Positions 23,501 to 38,500 are shown, numbered from the stretch's first letter. The stretch is DNA of 64,000 nt from Antedon mediterranea (GCF_964355755.1 NC_092675.1:25330912-25394911), one strand, 5' to 3'. The notes: generated from the letters alone by a model not told the origin. Made by a program: numbers and translations.

Positions 23501-26500
23501 AAGATTCTATTTAAGATTAAGTATTGTTTTTAAATCAACATGCAAAGTTAAAATGTCTAATAATCTTGTAACACCTCTCCAATAGCACTGAAACGTCATA
23601 TTCAATCTAAAATTCAGTACGGTAGTTACACTACATCTGCTAAATTGACTCTCAATTGGAGACCATGCATGCACTTATTTAGATTACAATATTATAAATA
23701 CAAATGTTTTAATAGCAGTATTTTGTTATTAAATCTTAACAACTTTCTATTATTAACATGTGAATAAGTCAATAAATAAATATTTATTATTATTATATTT
23801 AGTTATTAAAAAAAGCAATACTACCAAGTATAATTTTCCAAAAAATACTTTTTTAAAAGAATTAATGCAAAAATTATTAAATGCAGTTATTACAATAACA
23901 ATGTTGCAATAATGACAAGCTACTGTCATAACTTTAAAGGCTACTGCAGTACTTTTAAAAACTACTGCAGTACCTTCATTTGGTTTACTGAACAATATTA
24001 TTGCAGTTATACAAATTAAACATAAAACATCATTTATTAAGTGATGTTTAAGATCATGTGTAGTTGTTTGATTGCGCTCTACTGACTTAGGTGCAATGCA
24101 AGCAAAATGAAAACTCCCTATTGAACAGTATAACTGCATCAATAGGTTACAGTAATCAACTTTCCCGAAACTGGAGTTGTGTTAACTGAACTTATTTTTG
24201 GGCAGTTCAGTTTCCAGTTCGGGAGAGTTAATTGTAGTAAATTAACCAAGGTCAAGAATTTTCAGACAGGGCATCTAGAATTGTGAGATATTAGTTGATT
24301 GGTAAGGCTTCTTTTGTGTCTGTAGTCAGTTCTGCTGGGGCATGCAGAAATGAAAAGGAAATGATCATTTACTGTATATCGGTCAGGTTCGATGATATTT
24401 GTATCATTTGGGGCAAAACAAATTTCAAAATCTAGAAAAAGAGAAACGTACAGAACACAAACCATAACATAATAGTGAATTTAGAAACGAAAAAAATAAG
24501 CAAATACAATTTAGACTCTATACACAAATTAAAAATAATTTCACAACAGAATAGATGAACTATATATAGTCTAATCTAAGATAAAGTGAATACAAAGAAA
24601 CAAGAATAAGAAAAATAGCAATGTAAAGCTCTAAATGTCAATACAGTACCTCCATAAGACCCTTTGTTAAGTGAAGAGTTACTCTTTCGTTTGTCAACAC
24701 TAGTTGAATCACTGTAGCGACGATTGTCCCACATGTTTCTCAGTTTCTATGAAAAAAAATTGATAATTCATAATCATTAACACACTTTACGTTATCATCA
24801 TACGAGCATGTTCACAGAACAATCTATGATGTGATAGCTGCCGCAAATCCTCTAATTTGAGGATTAGATGACGAGGATCTACTGCAACACTGGTTTGAAA
24901 ACATAAGCAGATAAAATTCCTAATTATTATTAACTTACTGCCGATGTAGAGCTTGATCTGTATGATGCCTGCTGATTAGACTGAGTAGACGACATGCCAC
25001 CAAATTGGGTTCTCAAACATGTTGGCATCCAAGCATTGTTACGCACAAATCTTCTGTATTCTTTCTTCACCTGCATTGAAGAATAATCAACTTATAAAAC
25101 TGAATTTTTTTTTAAAACAAATAATATTACATACTGTATTCCATAGATAAATTTGTAATATTTGTATGCACGAGTTTTGAATTCTCACCTTATCGTTCAT
25201 CAAGCAGTGGAATACAAATATGAAAACTCCTTGCACTGAATTGAATATGGTGAAGATGTACGCAAACATGACAGTACTGTCACTAACATACAGCAAACCG
25301 AAGATCCATGTTATTCCAAGAATGCAGAGCAATACAAACGAGCCACGTACCCATGACCTAAAACGAAAGATTAAATGTTAAACGAAAATACATTAGATAT
25401 ATAATAAGAAGATTTCAATTTACGAAGACCTTTTTTATATATTTATGTGCATTGATGGGTCGTTAGTTTTTTACAGCCATTTGTTAGCAATAATTGATTT
25501 AATAATTGATATAATATCAAATAAAAATAGTGATAGATGACATAAATTACATGTCAATGATGTATACACAATGAAAAATAATGTACTGTAGAGCTCTTTT
25601 TAAAGGTTTGTAATTTGCGATTTTCTTTTAGATTCCTGATACATACTCTGCACAGGTAACAATTCCTTAAATAATCATGTATTGTACCAAAAGCTCTTAA
25701 TTTTCGCAATTCTGAATTTCTTGCAAAAAGTAAGAGTATTTAGAAATGCAAAGTTCTACAGTTGACAACAAAAAAGATGAATTTAATGTAATATATAATA
25801 CAGAACTTATATGGAGGTGAGTAATACAATCATCTGTTTGAAATTAAAAAAACATAATGAAAATAAATGCAGTTAATAGACATGAATCCAAATAATAACA
25901 ATGATATGCATGAACATTCAAAAGATGATAATAAGAAGATATAAATACTCAGAAGTGATGTTAATACATAAAATTAAAATAAAATGTCCTTTTTACAGAT
26001 TTCACAAATCTATCAAAACGTGAGAAGTTGCAAGGAAGGCAGAATAGTTGAATGATCAAACTCAAATTCAAAGTCAATTTGTAAAAGTGGAAGTTCGCAT
26101 TTACAAAGTAGATTTTTGAAATAAATGTTAGAAACAAGTATTATGGCAGTACATAAAGTAAATGAAAATGATAACAAATAATGAATGAAAAAAAAGTGCA
26201 TTTTCAGAGTATCTGTTGCAACAATTAATAGAAAGATATAAATTAACCAATTAGTGATTAGATGAAATGGTTTTGTTGCTAGGATACCATCACCAAGATG
26301 CAGGTTACCAAGGTGATGCTACTTACATAATATACTCCAGTCTATCGGTTCCAACACTGTGATTGAAAGTAAATAATCATTCAAAATCATTTATATAAAA
26401 ACTTTACATTTATAATAAACATTTTAAATTATTAATTAATATTTTTGGTGTTGGGGGTCTTGTGTCATAATCCTTACAGCCACAATTGTGTTTGTATATT

Positions 26501-29500
26501 GCTTTGTTAATTTAAATATTAAAGATGATTAAAAGAATAAGGGCAACAATAGAGCAAGAACTATAAGGTAAGAAAAAACAAAATTAGCCAAGAAAATGTT
26601 GCAAGCTGATTGGGCAAGGAATACTTAATGGAAAGGACATAAAACTAATGACAAAAAGCAAATATCAGAAACAAAATGATAACTACAACTTACAAATGAC
26701 GATTAAAATTGGCAGAATAGGAATTGACAGATTACGAATAGGGGAAAATTACATGGAATTACTCTCATACAATCAACTATACCCATAATGATAATACAGA
26801 AACAGTTACACCATGGTATTTTTACATCCATGGTCACACAAGATAGTAAAAAAATGTAATTTTTTAACATTATGATGTAAAAATGTGTCTTTAGAGTACC
26901 AATAACCTGTAAATCATTTCATGTCTTTTGCTCTAAAGCTCTGACTATCAGACTTGATGTGACAAGAAAATGTGATCACATCACACTTTGTTTGTCAAAC
27001 TAGTTTGAGAGTGTAGACAGAACTAGATACATAGATGAGCACATATCATGTACCATCATGGAAACTACTCTATATAGGCCTATGTAGGATTTTTTTAAAT
27101 GATAGTCATGAATGGGTTTCATTACAATACATGTATTTTTAAATTGGATGACTTTTACATGAAAGTATGTACAGCTCGGAAAAGGTAAAATCTATTATGA
27201 ACATCGATACCATAATGTTTTGATGGAATGAAATAAATCTGAAGCTGCAACTTAAAAAACATTTACAATAGCCTATACATGAACTTGTTCAAAATAAGTC
27301 AAAATGGTGCTGTAAGTCAAACCCACAGAAGAACAGTTTGAATGCTAAAGAAAAACAAATAAAAAGGTGGTTAATGTCCTTAAGAGATTCCAGGAGCTTA
27401 GCCCCCATAGTCAACGGAAGTATGGGGCCTCCCCTAAATCACCCACTAAAATTAGTGGTTGATTATTACGTTAGTGCGTGATACATCCCCCACACGCGAC
27501 ACTATGCTCTCTGGCCCGTAAGATGATTTGTAATAATAGAAAACTAATTTAACTTCTGGTTTAGATCTTTGTCTTCTTTATCAATATTTGTTTTTTTAAA
27601 TGAAATAAATGTCTTTATTGGATTAAATCATGTGATCAGCCACTCATCAATGTCAAAGAGCTGTTTGTAAGCCATTTCAAACTGTTCTTAATGTAGCAAA
27701 CTTGAAATAAAGAGTGCGTGAAAATATTGAATAAAATAGGTGCAAAATGACGATATTAATTGCTGTATTATTCTTACACAATCTTTTCTGTAGAACTTCA
27801 TACACAAGGCAATTATGAAATAAATACAATAATATTAATTTGTAGTTTAAAAAACAACATTCATTCAGAAAAATAGGTGAGAATCTCTCATGTATACTCA
27901 ACAATGGTAGAACTCCTGTAATATAAAACATTGTCTATTTCGTGATTACAACTAAAGTGCATTTGAATAATCATCAAATGATATGAATTATTTTCCTTTT
28001 CATTAATTATATATCATTTAATACTTCCTTTTCCAATGAAATGAGTAGCTTATTTCCTTCCTTTTCTAATCCCCAATGTTTTGCATGTCACGCATTTCAA
28101 ATCCCACCAGTTTGCAAGGGACAGTCAATGCACTGATGAACGTATTCCAGCTTACAAAACTATCAACACGTTGGATGGTTCGCGTGTCATGCATTAAAAC
28201 TCCCACCCATTCACAAGACCAAGAATCACACGATTCTCACAAGCTTATGATAACATCACATACTGAGCTTATTATCGTTGCTAATTGCATTATGTCGTCA
28301 ATGCTCGATAAACTTGTCCGTCTGGTAAAAATATCCCAAGAGATGTGCGATCTCTTTTGAGTTTTAAAAATGTGAAATTGTCTGGTTTTACTAACTATGC
28401 AAATCTTTTGTTTGCGTCCAAGTCATCAATTGCGTATGAAAAAACATGATGACGTACGTTAACACTAACGTGATAATACCAATTTCCTTTGTACCTCAGA
28501 TTTTATGTATCTTTTCAGATTTTTTTTTATAATCAGTTAAAAAAATCTACCTTATGTTTAATATAACAAAAGTAAATCAAGATTTTGTTTGACAGGTTTT
28601 ATAATTAAATCATTCGTGCGTTAGAAAAGAGTAAGTCAAAATACTTACGTCAGTTTCTCCTTGGTCGTTTTTTGTCGCTTGTTTGTTGCTATGGTGCTGT
28701 GACGGCACATTATAACAAATGCCATCGTGAGGAAAACTGTGTTGACCTAAGAAAAATAAATGTTTTTATAATATCAATTAAAGAACAAAAACATTTCAAT
28801 TCTCATATGACCATGATACCTTTTGTTTCTAATAAGTCAAATTGTAGGTACAACTGTAAATGAAAAGTTAGTTATTACTACTACTATTATTATTTCCTGT
28901 TAATTTTTTTTTATAACACTTGAATAAATTTCATTATACTTTTGATTTTATCATATTTTAACTCTTCTGTCTTTCTTTGATATGTACAGTATATTAACAG
29001 ATTATATTATTTTATTAAGACTAACTGAAGCCTGACCAACAAAATGAAAAAAGAAAGTATGAGACTCTTTGATGCAATTCGCTTTAGAATATTTGCCCCT
29101 TGAGAGATGGTTATAACATCTATGCAATTTTGTAATAAATCCTAACCATATTAATCGGACAGTCCCTCGAGTCTACAAACTTGAAATCTAGGTCAAGAAA
29201 TTATGATGAAGCTTTACATTCATACAATTTATTAATAACAAAATCTGGTTTGTAGTGAATTCGCTAACAATTAATTATTGAGAAGAGTAGTGCTTCAAGA
29301 TATGAATATAGACTTGTAAAATTCCTACTGATAAAATCTATAGGTATAAAATTGTTGAGAATCATATAGTTTAAAATTGAAGTTAGTTTAGCTGGGCATT
29401 CAGCATTATATTCAGCATTTTGAAATTAATCAATTCTCAATCACAACAAGTGTCAGGTTTTTATTTTTCTTTTCGTGTCCTGTTTAAATGTTCACCCGCT

Positions 29501-32500
29501 TTGGGGTAGGTTTTAAAAAAAAATCATCAGGGTTGTTTTTTTGCATATAACCCAGACATCACCGAGGTCGGTTTTCTGATAGTATATGTATGTCTGAAAG
29601 TATGTTTGTCTTACCTATCACCATACTCTTCCGTGAATTCATTGACTTGAAAATGTCAATTAGCAATAAACAACTGTCATAATTATACTAGCCTAATTGA
29701 ATATTATTATAGAGATATTGCAGGGCACCCTAATTATATAATAATGCGAAATGGCCATAGTTTGTCATCTGATATGTTGGACATGAGGCTTGTATTTGAA
29801 TGAGACAAGACTAACTTGATGATTAGGGCAATTAAAATGTTTATCATCATCTTAAATATTTTTTATTCAATTCATTCAATTGTTTGTATCATATCTGATG
29901 CTGAAAACCAATCATATTGATTAACTAACTTCCAAAAATAAAGACTAATCAATTGATTATTATTATTAATTGATCATTAATTGATCATCTTACCATAATC
30001 ACAATGCAGATTGGACCAATGAAAGACCAGATGAAATGGTTCTCAACTTCCAACCAACAGCTATAAAAAAAAAACCAATAAATATATTTATAATAAACCA
30101 GTTAAAAAATGATTTCTGCACTGTGATGAAACCTTAGAAAGAAAAAGCAGGGCCCCTCATACGTAAAAACATTGAGAAAAAGATTACAACTTAATAAATC
30201 AGATTAAAAGAGATAAGAATGCTTGACAAATAAGTTCAAACAAGTTAAAGTTAAATCTATTAGCATTTCCTTGCACGTGTCAATTTTACCCCCACTTGTC
30301 GTACTTTATTATAAATTACACGTTACGATAGCTGAAGACCCTGCAACACAGTACATGATTTATTTTTAATGAAATGGCAATATTCTGAACAGTGATAACA
30401 ACAAAAATTGTGAACAAATTTTCAGATTAAGTATTTCCGGACTACAACATTAAATGTTTTGTTAATTTATAAATTAAATATATTCTCGTTAAGTAAGTAC
30501 ACTAATTTGTGTTTCACCATGAGTGATATACTTTAAACTGCTTATTAAAAATCAAGATCAATATCTTCTGTTAGAAGGTAGTACAATATTAGGTCAATGT
30601 TATTCAGTTTCGATTCACACAATTCATTCATACATCTTTAATTACATTTGCAAACAATGAGAGGTAATTAGTGAATCATCAAAATCATTAAATAACAACT
30701 TTAAGATGAAAGAGACATTATAAAAAGGAGGTTTATAAGCTTTAAATAATACATTCTGTTCATCTTTAAATGAATGTCCATGTTATCAACTAATTTGTTA
30801 AAATGACTCAACAAAATCGTAGACAAAAATAATTTGTTGAGATATTCAGGAAAACATTTTATTGGTTTGGTCTGTAGATTTGTTAATTATGACCATATGA
30901 TTGCATTTGATAGAATCTATACTGACATAGGTCAAAGGTGAAGGTAGCTAATGTCTGTCCTAAGGAAAGGGTTAGGAAGTCCTGAAAATCATCGATGTTG
31001 ATAATAAGTGAAAGAGGATCAATGTTGTCAGTGGGATTGAAGAAGTAATAATCATGTCTCTTGTAGGAAAAGTTTGTAAACATTATGGGGATGGAAAGAA
31101 GTAGTTTGGGAGGGTAATATTGAGTACTAAAAACTAAATAATACTGTACTGTTTGTTTCATGAATTGTTGTAAGTTTAGGTTTCACTGTAACAAGTACTT
31201 GGGGTTGTGGCAGAAAAAATGTGTTGTATGCTGGCAATGTTATATACCGTATATTTCGGTGTATAAGTCGCACCTGTGTATAAGACGCACCCCCAACTGA
31301 GAGTAAAATATCGGTATTTTTTATATCGTCGATGTATAAGACGCACTTTATATTTCATCAAATCAATGTTTTTTTAAATTGTAATCAATATTATTGTGAT
31401 AATATATTTTGTTATATCTACAACGGCGTCCTTTATTTAGGTTTTTTCTTACCTAGGCTCGGCCGCGCCCAGCCTCAACAAGTTCTTTCTAACTTGTTAT
31501 TCATGAGTTTCGCCGCAACATCGAGTGCATGACCGTGTGTGTAACACGCACGTGTGTGGGCTAGCCTCGCTCGATCATTTCGAGAGGGCGCACGTTTTCA
31601 CGGACAATCGTATTCGATTAGTATCTATGTATCCGAGAAGTGTGTACGCTAGGTCCATGCTATAATCACCTGGAGAATATACTAGTCGAATACCGTACAC
31701 CATGCGCCACCAAAAGAAGGGCTTGCGCTTGGGGTACGGCGATCGTGCGTATAACTACTGTGTAAATAAATACTATTCCAATCGTACGACGTAAACGTTT
31801 ACAAATGAAATTTTATCGGAGCGCCATAATGAACAAATCTTTTCATCATATTTAGTATAACATCATGCTAAAATGACTTGAAAACTAGGCCTAGGCTAGG
31901 CAGAAGCAGGTTGCCGTTACGTTAGAATTAGTTAGTTAGGCCTAGCCTACTCAGGCCTAGCAAACGAGGTGACGATAGCCTAGGCCTATGTACAATCTGT
32001 GTGGTGAGGCATTTATGTTCGGTGTATAATTTGGAGGTCAAATTTGCGTGTCAAAAGTGCGACTTATACACCGAAATATACGGTACGACAATTTTTCACA
32101 GGAGTTAAAAAAAACTGTGGCTGACACATGGTATATACATGTAGGGAAACTATGGTAATCTGTACTTACTGAGTCTCTGTACCATATCCTTCATAATTAG
32201 CAAGGGCTGCAATTCCTACTGTGATGAGAGGAACACCTAAAAAAATGTTAAGGATTCAAATAATCATTAACTTCTACCATTTAGAATACAGAATACAGAA
32301 ATTTATTGGTCCAAAAGGAAATTCGTTTTGTTAACAAGCTCTCAAACAATTAATTAAAAATATATAAAAAGTCATGAATACAAAAATACAAGATCTTATA
32401 AAAATACAAATAAACATCAAAATAGACAAAAATATAAAAATACAATATCGTAACATATAAAATATATAAAAAATATATATATATTAGCAGTATTATATAC

Positions 32501-35500
32501 AGTTAAAACAAATTACATATTCAATCTATCTTTTAATAGTTGCGTTATATAAATGGCAAGAATTTGGAACAAATGACTTTTGAAGACGATCATGATCTCC
32601 TCTTAGTGGACGTAGCCTGATACCCGATCTGTTTAAAACATAGTACTTTAGTGGGTGTGTGTGGTCATTTATAATCATGTTAACTTTTTGTTTACTGTAT
32701 TTATGTATTATTTTGAAATTTGTATATCAAACACATGACCTAGTTTACAATTACCACACAGAATATTATAATTAGTCATATATAATATTTAATCACATTG
32801 TCCTCAGGAAGAAAATATTGTTTTCTGAAAACTTGGCAAGTCATTCTGGATGTTTTTCTTTGTCGTTTTGTGAGAGTTTAATGTGTTCATTATGGTTCAG
32901 GTGTGTTGATTAAATTACTGTGTCCTTTGTTCTTTTAATTAGCTGTAACTTTTGAAAGTGCTGGTGTAATGTTAAGTTGCTAAGAGTATATTATGCATAT
33001 TGCAATTATTATACACCCTCGGGACAAATGACATTAATTATAGATATCCATTTCATTTGGTACATGATCAATATTTACAAATGTTTTTAAACATAGTGGT
33101 ATAAAGAAAGATATTAAAAACCAAGATGACTGTAATAATCTTACCATAGCCAAATGGGTAATAGTATTTTCTTCTTGAACTTTCCGCTTCAAAGACTTCA
33201 ACCAGCATCACGTATAATTGAATGCCCTCTAGGCACATCCATGCAAATGACGCCAAGAAAAAATAGTGCAGTAAAACTGCTACAATCGTACACATTATCT
33301 AATAAAATGAAATTATTATTGAAAATCATTCTGTACACAGTGTAAGTTTGCAGCATCTTGAAGTCCTGTTAGAATGCAAGTCTAGAATCATGAAGGTAAC
33401 TAGGTACTGTACCAGAGATTTCATATAAAACTTTCTAACCATAAGGCTGCAATAGGTACTTATTACATGACAAATCTACATATAAACAGTTTTAAACTTT
33501 TCAAATTGAATAGTTCCCGATTCATTTATGTTTACAGGTTAAAAGGATAGTGGTATACTAGTGGATTCAATTTATAATGTTTGATCTACCTAGTACAAAG
33601 GGATAATTATTTGTATATAAACATATTGAAAAATTTAATAGTAATATAAACATTGTGAAAGTAGCATTCACAGAAAATTGTCTTTAACACATGAACATAA
33701 ATAACAATTTAAGTATATATATTGTTCATAATACAGTATAGTATATGATAAATCAATTTGAATTAGTATAAACAAAATATGTTTAATTTAAACACAAATG
33801 TACTTGGAGATCATGAGCCCTAAAAGATATTGAAATTTAAAAGAATTACTTACAGGGGAATCTCCTTTGTCAATGCCAATAAGGAACACAAACTCAGCTA
33901 CCAGCAAACACAGGCACAAGTTCTTATGAATGGTGTTACGGTCATTTTGAAGATTTCTAAATAAATTAGATGAAGATTGTTCATGTGTTTGGTTATAAGT
34001 TAACCATAATACTGTATTACATTAAGAAAATAATTTAAGTTCTTGCTCTCATTTGCTAGATAAATATTAGCATATGCTGCTTGGAATGATTGGGATATGC
34101 TTTTTATTTACAGTACCGTAATAAGTATAAGCATCATTGTACTAATTTCTTTTTTTTTCAAATTGTTTTTCAACCAACTAATACAGACATTGTTAGGTAA
34201 GCACCTCTTGAAAATGATCACTACACTCACTACAGCGATTTGTAATAAAAAATATAATATTATATCTGTTACTTAATTATCATATAGTAATGATCAACAA
34301 ATAAAGCTGAATATCTTGAACAGCAACGCCCACTTAACGTCAACATGTGTTGACAAATATCATTGACGTCAATTAGCAAAAACAATACTGGTATTACACT
34401 ATAATCATAGTCGTTATTAACACTTTAAACAACCAAGCTAGTCTCAAAGTCTGTGTTTTAATGTTTAAAAACCAGAAAATTTACAATTTATGGGTAATCC
34501 AATTTTCTTTTATTATGCAATTTGGTTTTATTGTTTATACTAAACAATGCAAAAAAAAAAATTAAATAAAATAAGAAATGGAAGGAAAAGGGAACAAAGT
34601 AGATTCTCACAGTGTAATTGTTGTTGTATTGGCCAATTCATTGATTGTTGAAATAATTGTAATTGATAGGTTGGCTAATTGATTATTAATTAAAATAAGT
34701 AACAAACTTCTTCAATTAAACTTGAAGTGTGGGAATGTTATAAATAAATAAATAATAAAGATTTCTGAATTAACAGAGTAGTATTTAATAATTTATTTCG
34801 GTATTTGGTCATCCTTCGCATCCATCTTCAATCCGCGTATGCCAAAGGCTAATCAGCGCAAAGATGCAGCATTTGAATTTTCTCTGTAGAACAGAACAAT
34901 AGACGATAGACACTCTAGGTTGGTTTTCGGTGTTGCATTATACATCATTATACAAGTAAAGATTAACAAATTATATTAACAGTAACAAAAGTATTCACCA
35001 TTCTGAAAAGGTACATATGTACTTACTTGAACACAGTGAATGTAATAAAGGCCATGAGGAGACAGGTGATAGAGATTGTAAATCCAGCATAGGTGATGGT
35101 TGATAGTGCAAATGTATGTACTTCAGAAATCTATATATATACAAATTTTATTGTATTATTTCAAACAATAAAGAGGAAATCTGTGAAAATGAGAAAAACC
35201 CGGAACCTTCTGCTTAATATGCAGATTTCCTAACCATTAGACCACTGGGGCTTTCATTTTATTGGATACATTTTAATTCAAAATGTTGATATAATGATAA
35301 TAATTATATCATCACAAATCCAATAGCAAGGTAATTTCAGTCTAGGAAGTTTACCGATTTTAAGTTATTTTTAGTATTTAATGCATGAATTGTCGCTTTT
35401 TAATTACCTGATAATATAGCAGAACAGATCTAAAGAACATCATGGTTGAAAACACCTGTAGCCACAATTGAATAACTGAGGGGGAATTTATTACTACTAA

Positions 35501-38500
35501 TAGTAGCAAGCTTAAATGCACCAGTGATGCATTATTTTATCTATGCAAAATGTTTGATTGCAAGACTATATTAATACACTTGGTAAACTGTACCAAAGTG
35601 TGGGGAAAATACATCTAAAAAACTATAAAAGTTTGGAGACTGTTTTCTTAGTGTCTCGTAACAACAAACTTTGGGTCCTTTTTTAAATTGCTACACATAA
35701 TTATACCTTTGTAATGATAGCTGATGAAATTATTTCTCTCAAAGGGGCAGAGGTAGTAATGTTGGTCTATTTAAATAACTGCATAGACTAACCTGAACTC
35801 CTTTTACATCCATTATAATAGCAAAATTTGTAAGATGATTGCAAGAGCATTCAGTGTGGGTAGAGTTACTGTCTACAACATGACAGCCTTCACTAGACCA
35901 CTCCCCATGTGTACTGAAAAGAGAACAACCATTACATTCGTAAAGGCAATAAAATAAATTGCTTACTTGTACTTTAAATGACAGAAATTCAAGTCAATAT
36001 ATATATAAATTAAACTGCCAGGCAATATACTGAAAATGTATAAACGGTACGATGAGGACATTTATGAGCATGAGGAAAAGCCATTCCAACTAAGATTCGA
36101 ACCTTGAATTTTCTGCTTATGTGTATATTATGCAGAAATACTACTGAGACTTTATTGGAATGGTTAAAATTTTATTGGATAGCAACTTGTCAACACTAGT
36201 CCTTAATTGTATGTACATGGAATAGACGTCAAATTAATACACCCTTATCTTTAGTATATTATAGTCAATATATATATATATATATAATTACGAAGGGCTA
36301 GTGTTGCTTTTCATTTTTGTATCTCCATTGAGATCCAGCCACTGATACCCACAGCATTGTCATTTTTTCAGTAATTTGCCTTTGGATTTATATATATATA
36401 TATATATATATATAAACACAACAAGCAAAGAACATTAAAGTGAAACCGCCCGGTGATATACTGAAATTTTAATTAATTAATTTGAAACGATAAAAATGAG
36501 GTATATATATATATAAACACAACAGGCAAAGAACATTAATTATAAACCACCCGGTGATATACTGAAATTTAATTAATTAATTTGAAATGATAAAGATGAG
36601 GAAATCTGTGAGAATGAGAAAAAGTATATATATATATATTGATTTAGCTTTTCGCTGATACCCACAGAATTTTCATTTTTTCAGTATTTTGCATTTGAAT
36701 TTATATATAAATTTACAGGCACAGAAGAAATTCTAAACCACGTGGTATATCTGAGCCAGAATCACATTCTACTTTTAAATAATGATACAATAACTTGCAG
36801 ATTTTTTCACTTAAAAAGAAAAAGAAAAACCTCTTATATGAGATAATACATCTGTTTCTAAAAATATATTTTGTGCCAAGTTCGTTACACAATGAAGTCA
36901 TGAGATAAGCTTAAAGCAAACTAATATATATATAGATTTGATAAGTTAAGTCAGCACTCAAGGGAAAAAAATAAATGTGGCTGTCTTGTAGAAATAGAAA
37001 TTAATGATCTGTGGGGTTTTTTGAGAAAAAACACTGCAGCAATCAACTTGCTGTTTTTTTCCTTTCACAATTCATATTAATGTTACCTTGAAATCTTAAT
37101 TGATCTAAGAGAGTTTATTTTTTACATAAAATGTATAATTAACAACACTGCAAACTTATCAGTTTTACAGTAAGGATTTTGCTTTTTCCGCAATAAAACT
37201 GATTGATTTGAAATCTCATAATGTATATAGAAAGTCTAAGTATTGTAGTAACGATAATGTAAAATACCTGTTTTCAAACTTCCAGAATGAACATACGGGA
37301 TCTTTATTTGAACTTCCATTCTGTTAAAAAAAAAACAATCATATATATATATATGCTATTTAACCTCACTCTACAAAAATTGTAAAAATAAGTGTGGTAA
37401 TCCTTTATACTTCAGATAGGCTGCTAGAGTTTATATAAACCAATGAAACATAGCACATTTGTTTATGTTTTATTTTTACACAGTGATTACATTACACCAT
37501 TACAAACTATAGTGTTACTATATGTTTATCATACAATAAGATTATTCCAGATGAAGTGTGTTGTGTGTGAATCGGTTATTAGTTTTAAAATATCAGCTTT
37601 CAACTGAACTTATTAACACTTTTTTTATGATTTATTTAGGTTTTTCCTGACAGCAAAACTCTCCTTCCCAAATCAGCATAATATAGAAACTGCTAGTTTT
37701 ATTCACTTTTAACTGTTTTTACTTTGGTGCCATCAGAAATTCATTCAAAATCATTATTAATAATACAAACAATAAAATCATCGATACCAACAAACAAGTA
37801 CAGTACCATCGACAGTTCATTGATTGAAGGTGAATAATGTACGAATAATTAAAACTTTCTTGAACTAGAAATGCGGGCACAATCACAAGGAACATTTTAC
37901 AAGATACAAGATACAAGATAACTTTATTGTCAAAATTGTTAACAATTTCGAGATATGTTTTGTACCTGAGTAGAATAAATAATACGATGTGATAACTATA
38001 TAAATAAATACAAATGATACAAGTGACTATCTTGAAAAGTTTTTGTTAAATAAATTGCATGTACATTGGTGAAAATCTGAAACGGTTTGTGGATATTTTT
38101 TCCTGTGTCAGTCTAATCCTTCCTGATCTACTTATAATGATGTCTGAATGTAATGGGTGTGATGGGTCTTGCATAATTGTGTCAAATTTCTTAAGTATGA
38201 ATATATTAAACATTTCATCTAAAGATTTCACTTCTACACCAATAACTCTGCTGGCCTTGTTTACTAATCATTTTCCTACGTTTATGTCTTATATTAACCC
38301 TTACCTTTAAATGGTTGAATACCATTTTGACAGGTTCTTTGAGTGGTGCTGGTGTCATTGGGTCGTTGATTGAGAGCGATATGATTCGAGAGTTCACAAA
38401 TTGTTTATTCACAAGCCTATCCTTACGTTTCTTCGTCACGCCTAACAACTCTTCCATGTTATTGTATGCAAAGAATACTAGTTTGACCCTACCTACAAAG

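Noticed and set aside
23753-24142. 129-aa minus-strand ORF
   Set aside because: AT-rich sequence with small internal repeats, no splice or frame link to the gene and no recognisable motif.
24824-24889. Possible alternative terminal exon [21 protein letters not shown]
   Set aside because: It would need a 49-nt intron from the 24939 donor, and there is no other support.
35195-35235. tRNA-like sequence (also ~36085-36140 and ~21060-21076)
   Set aside because: Only degenerate box fragments with no complete cloverleaf; probably SINE or repeat debris.
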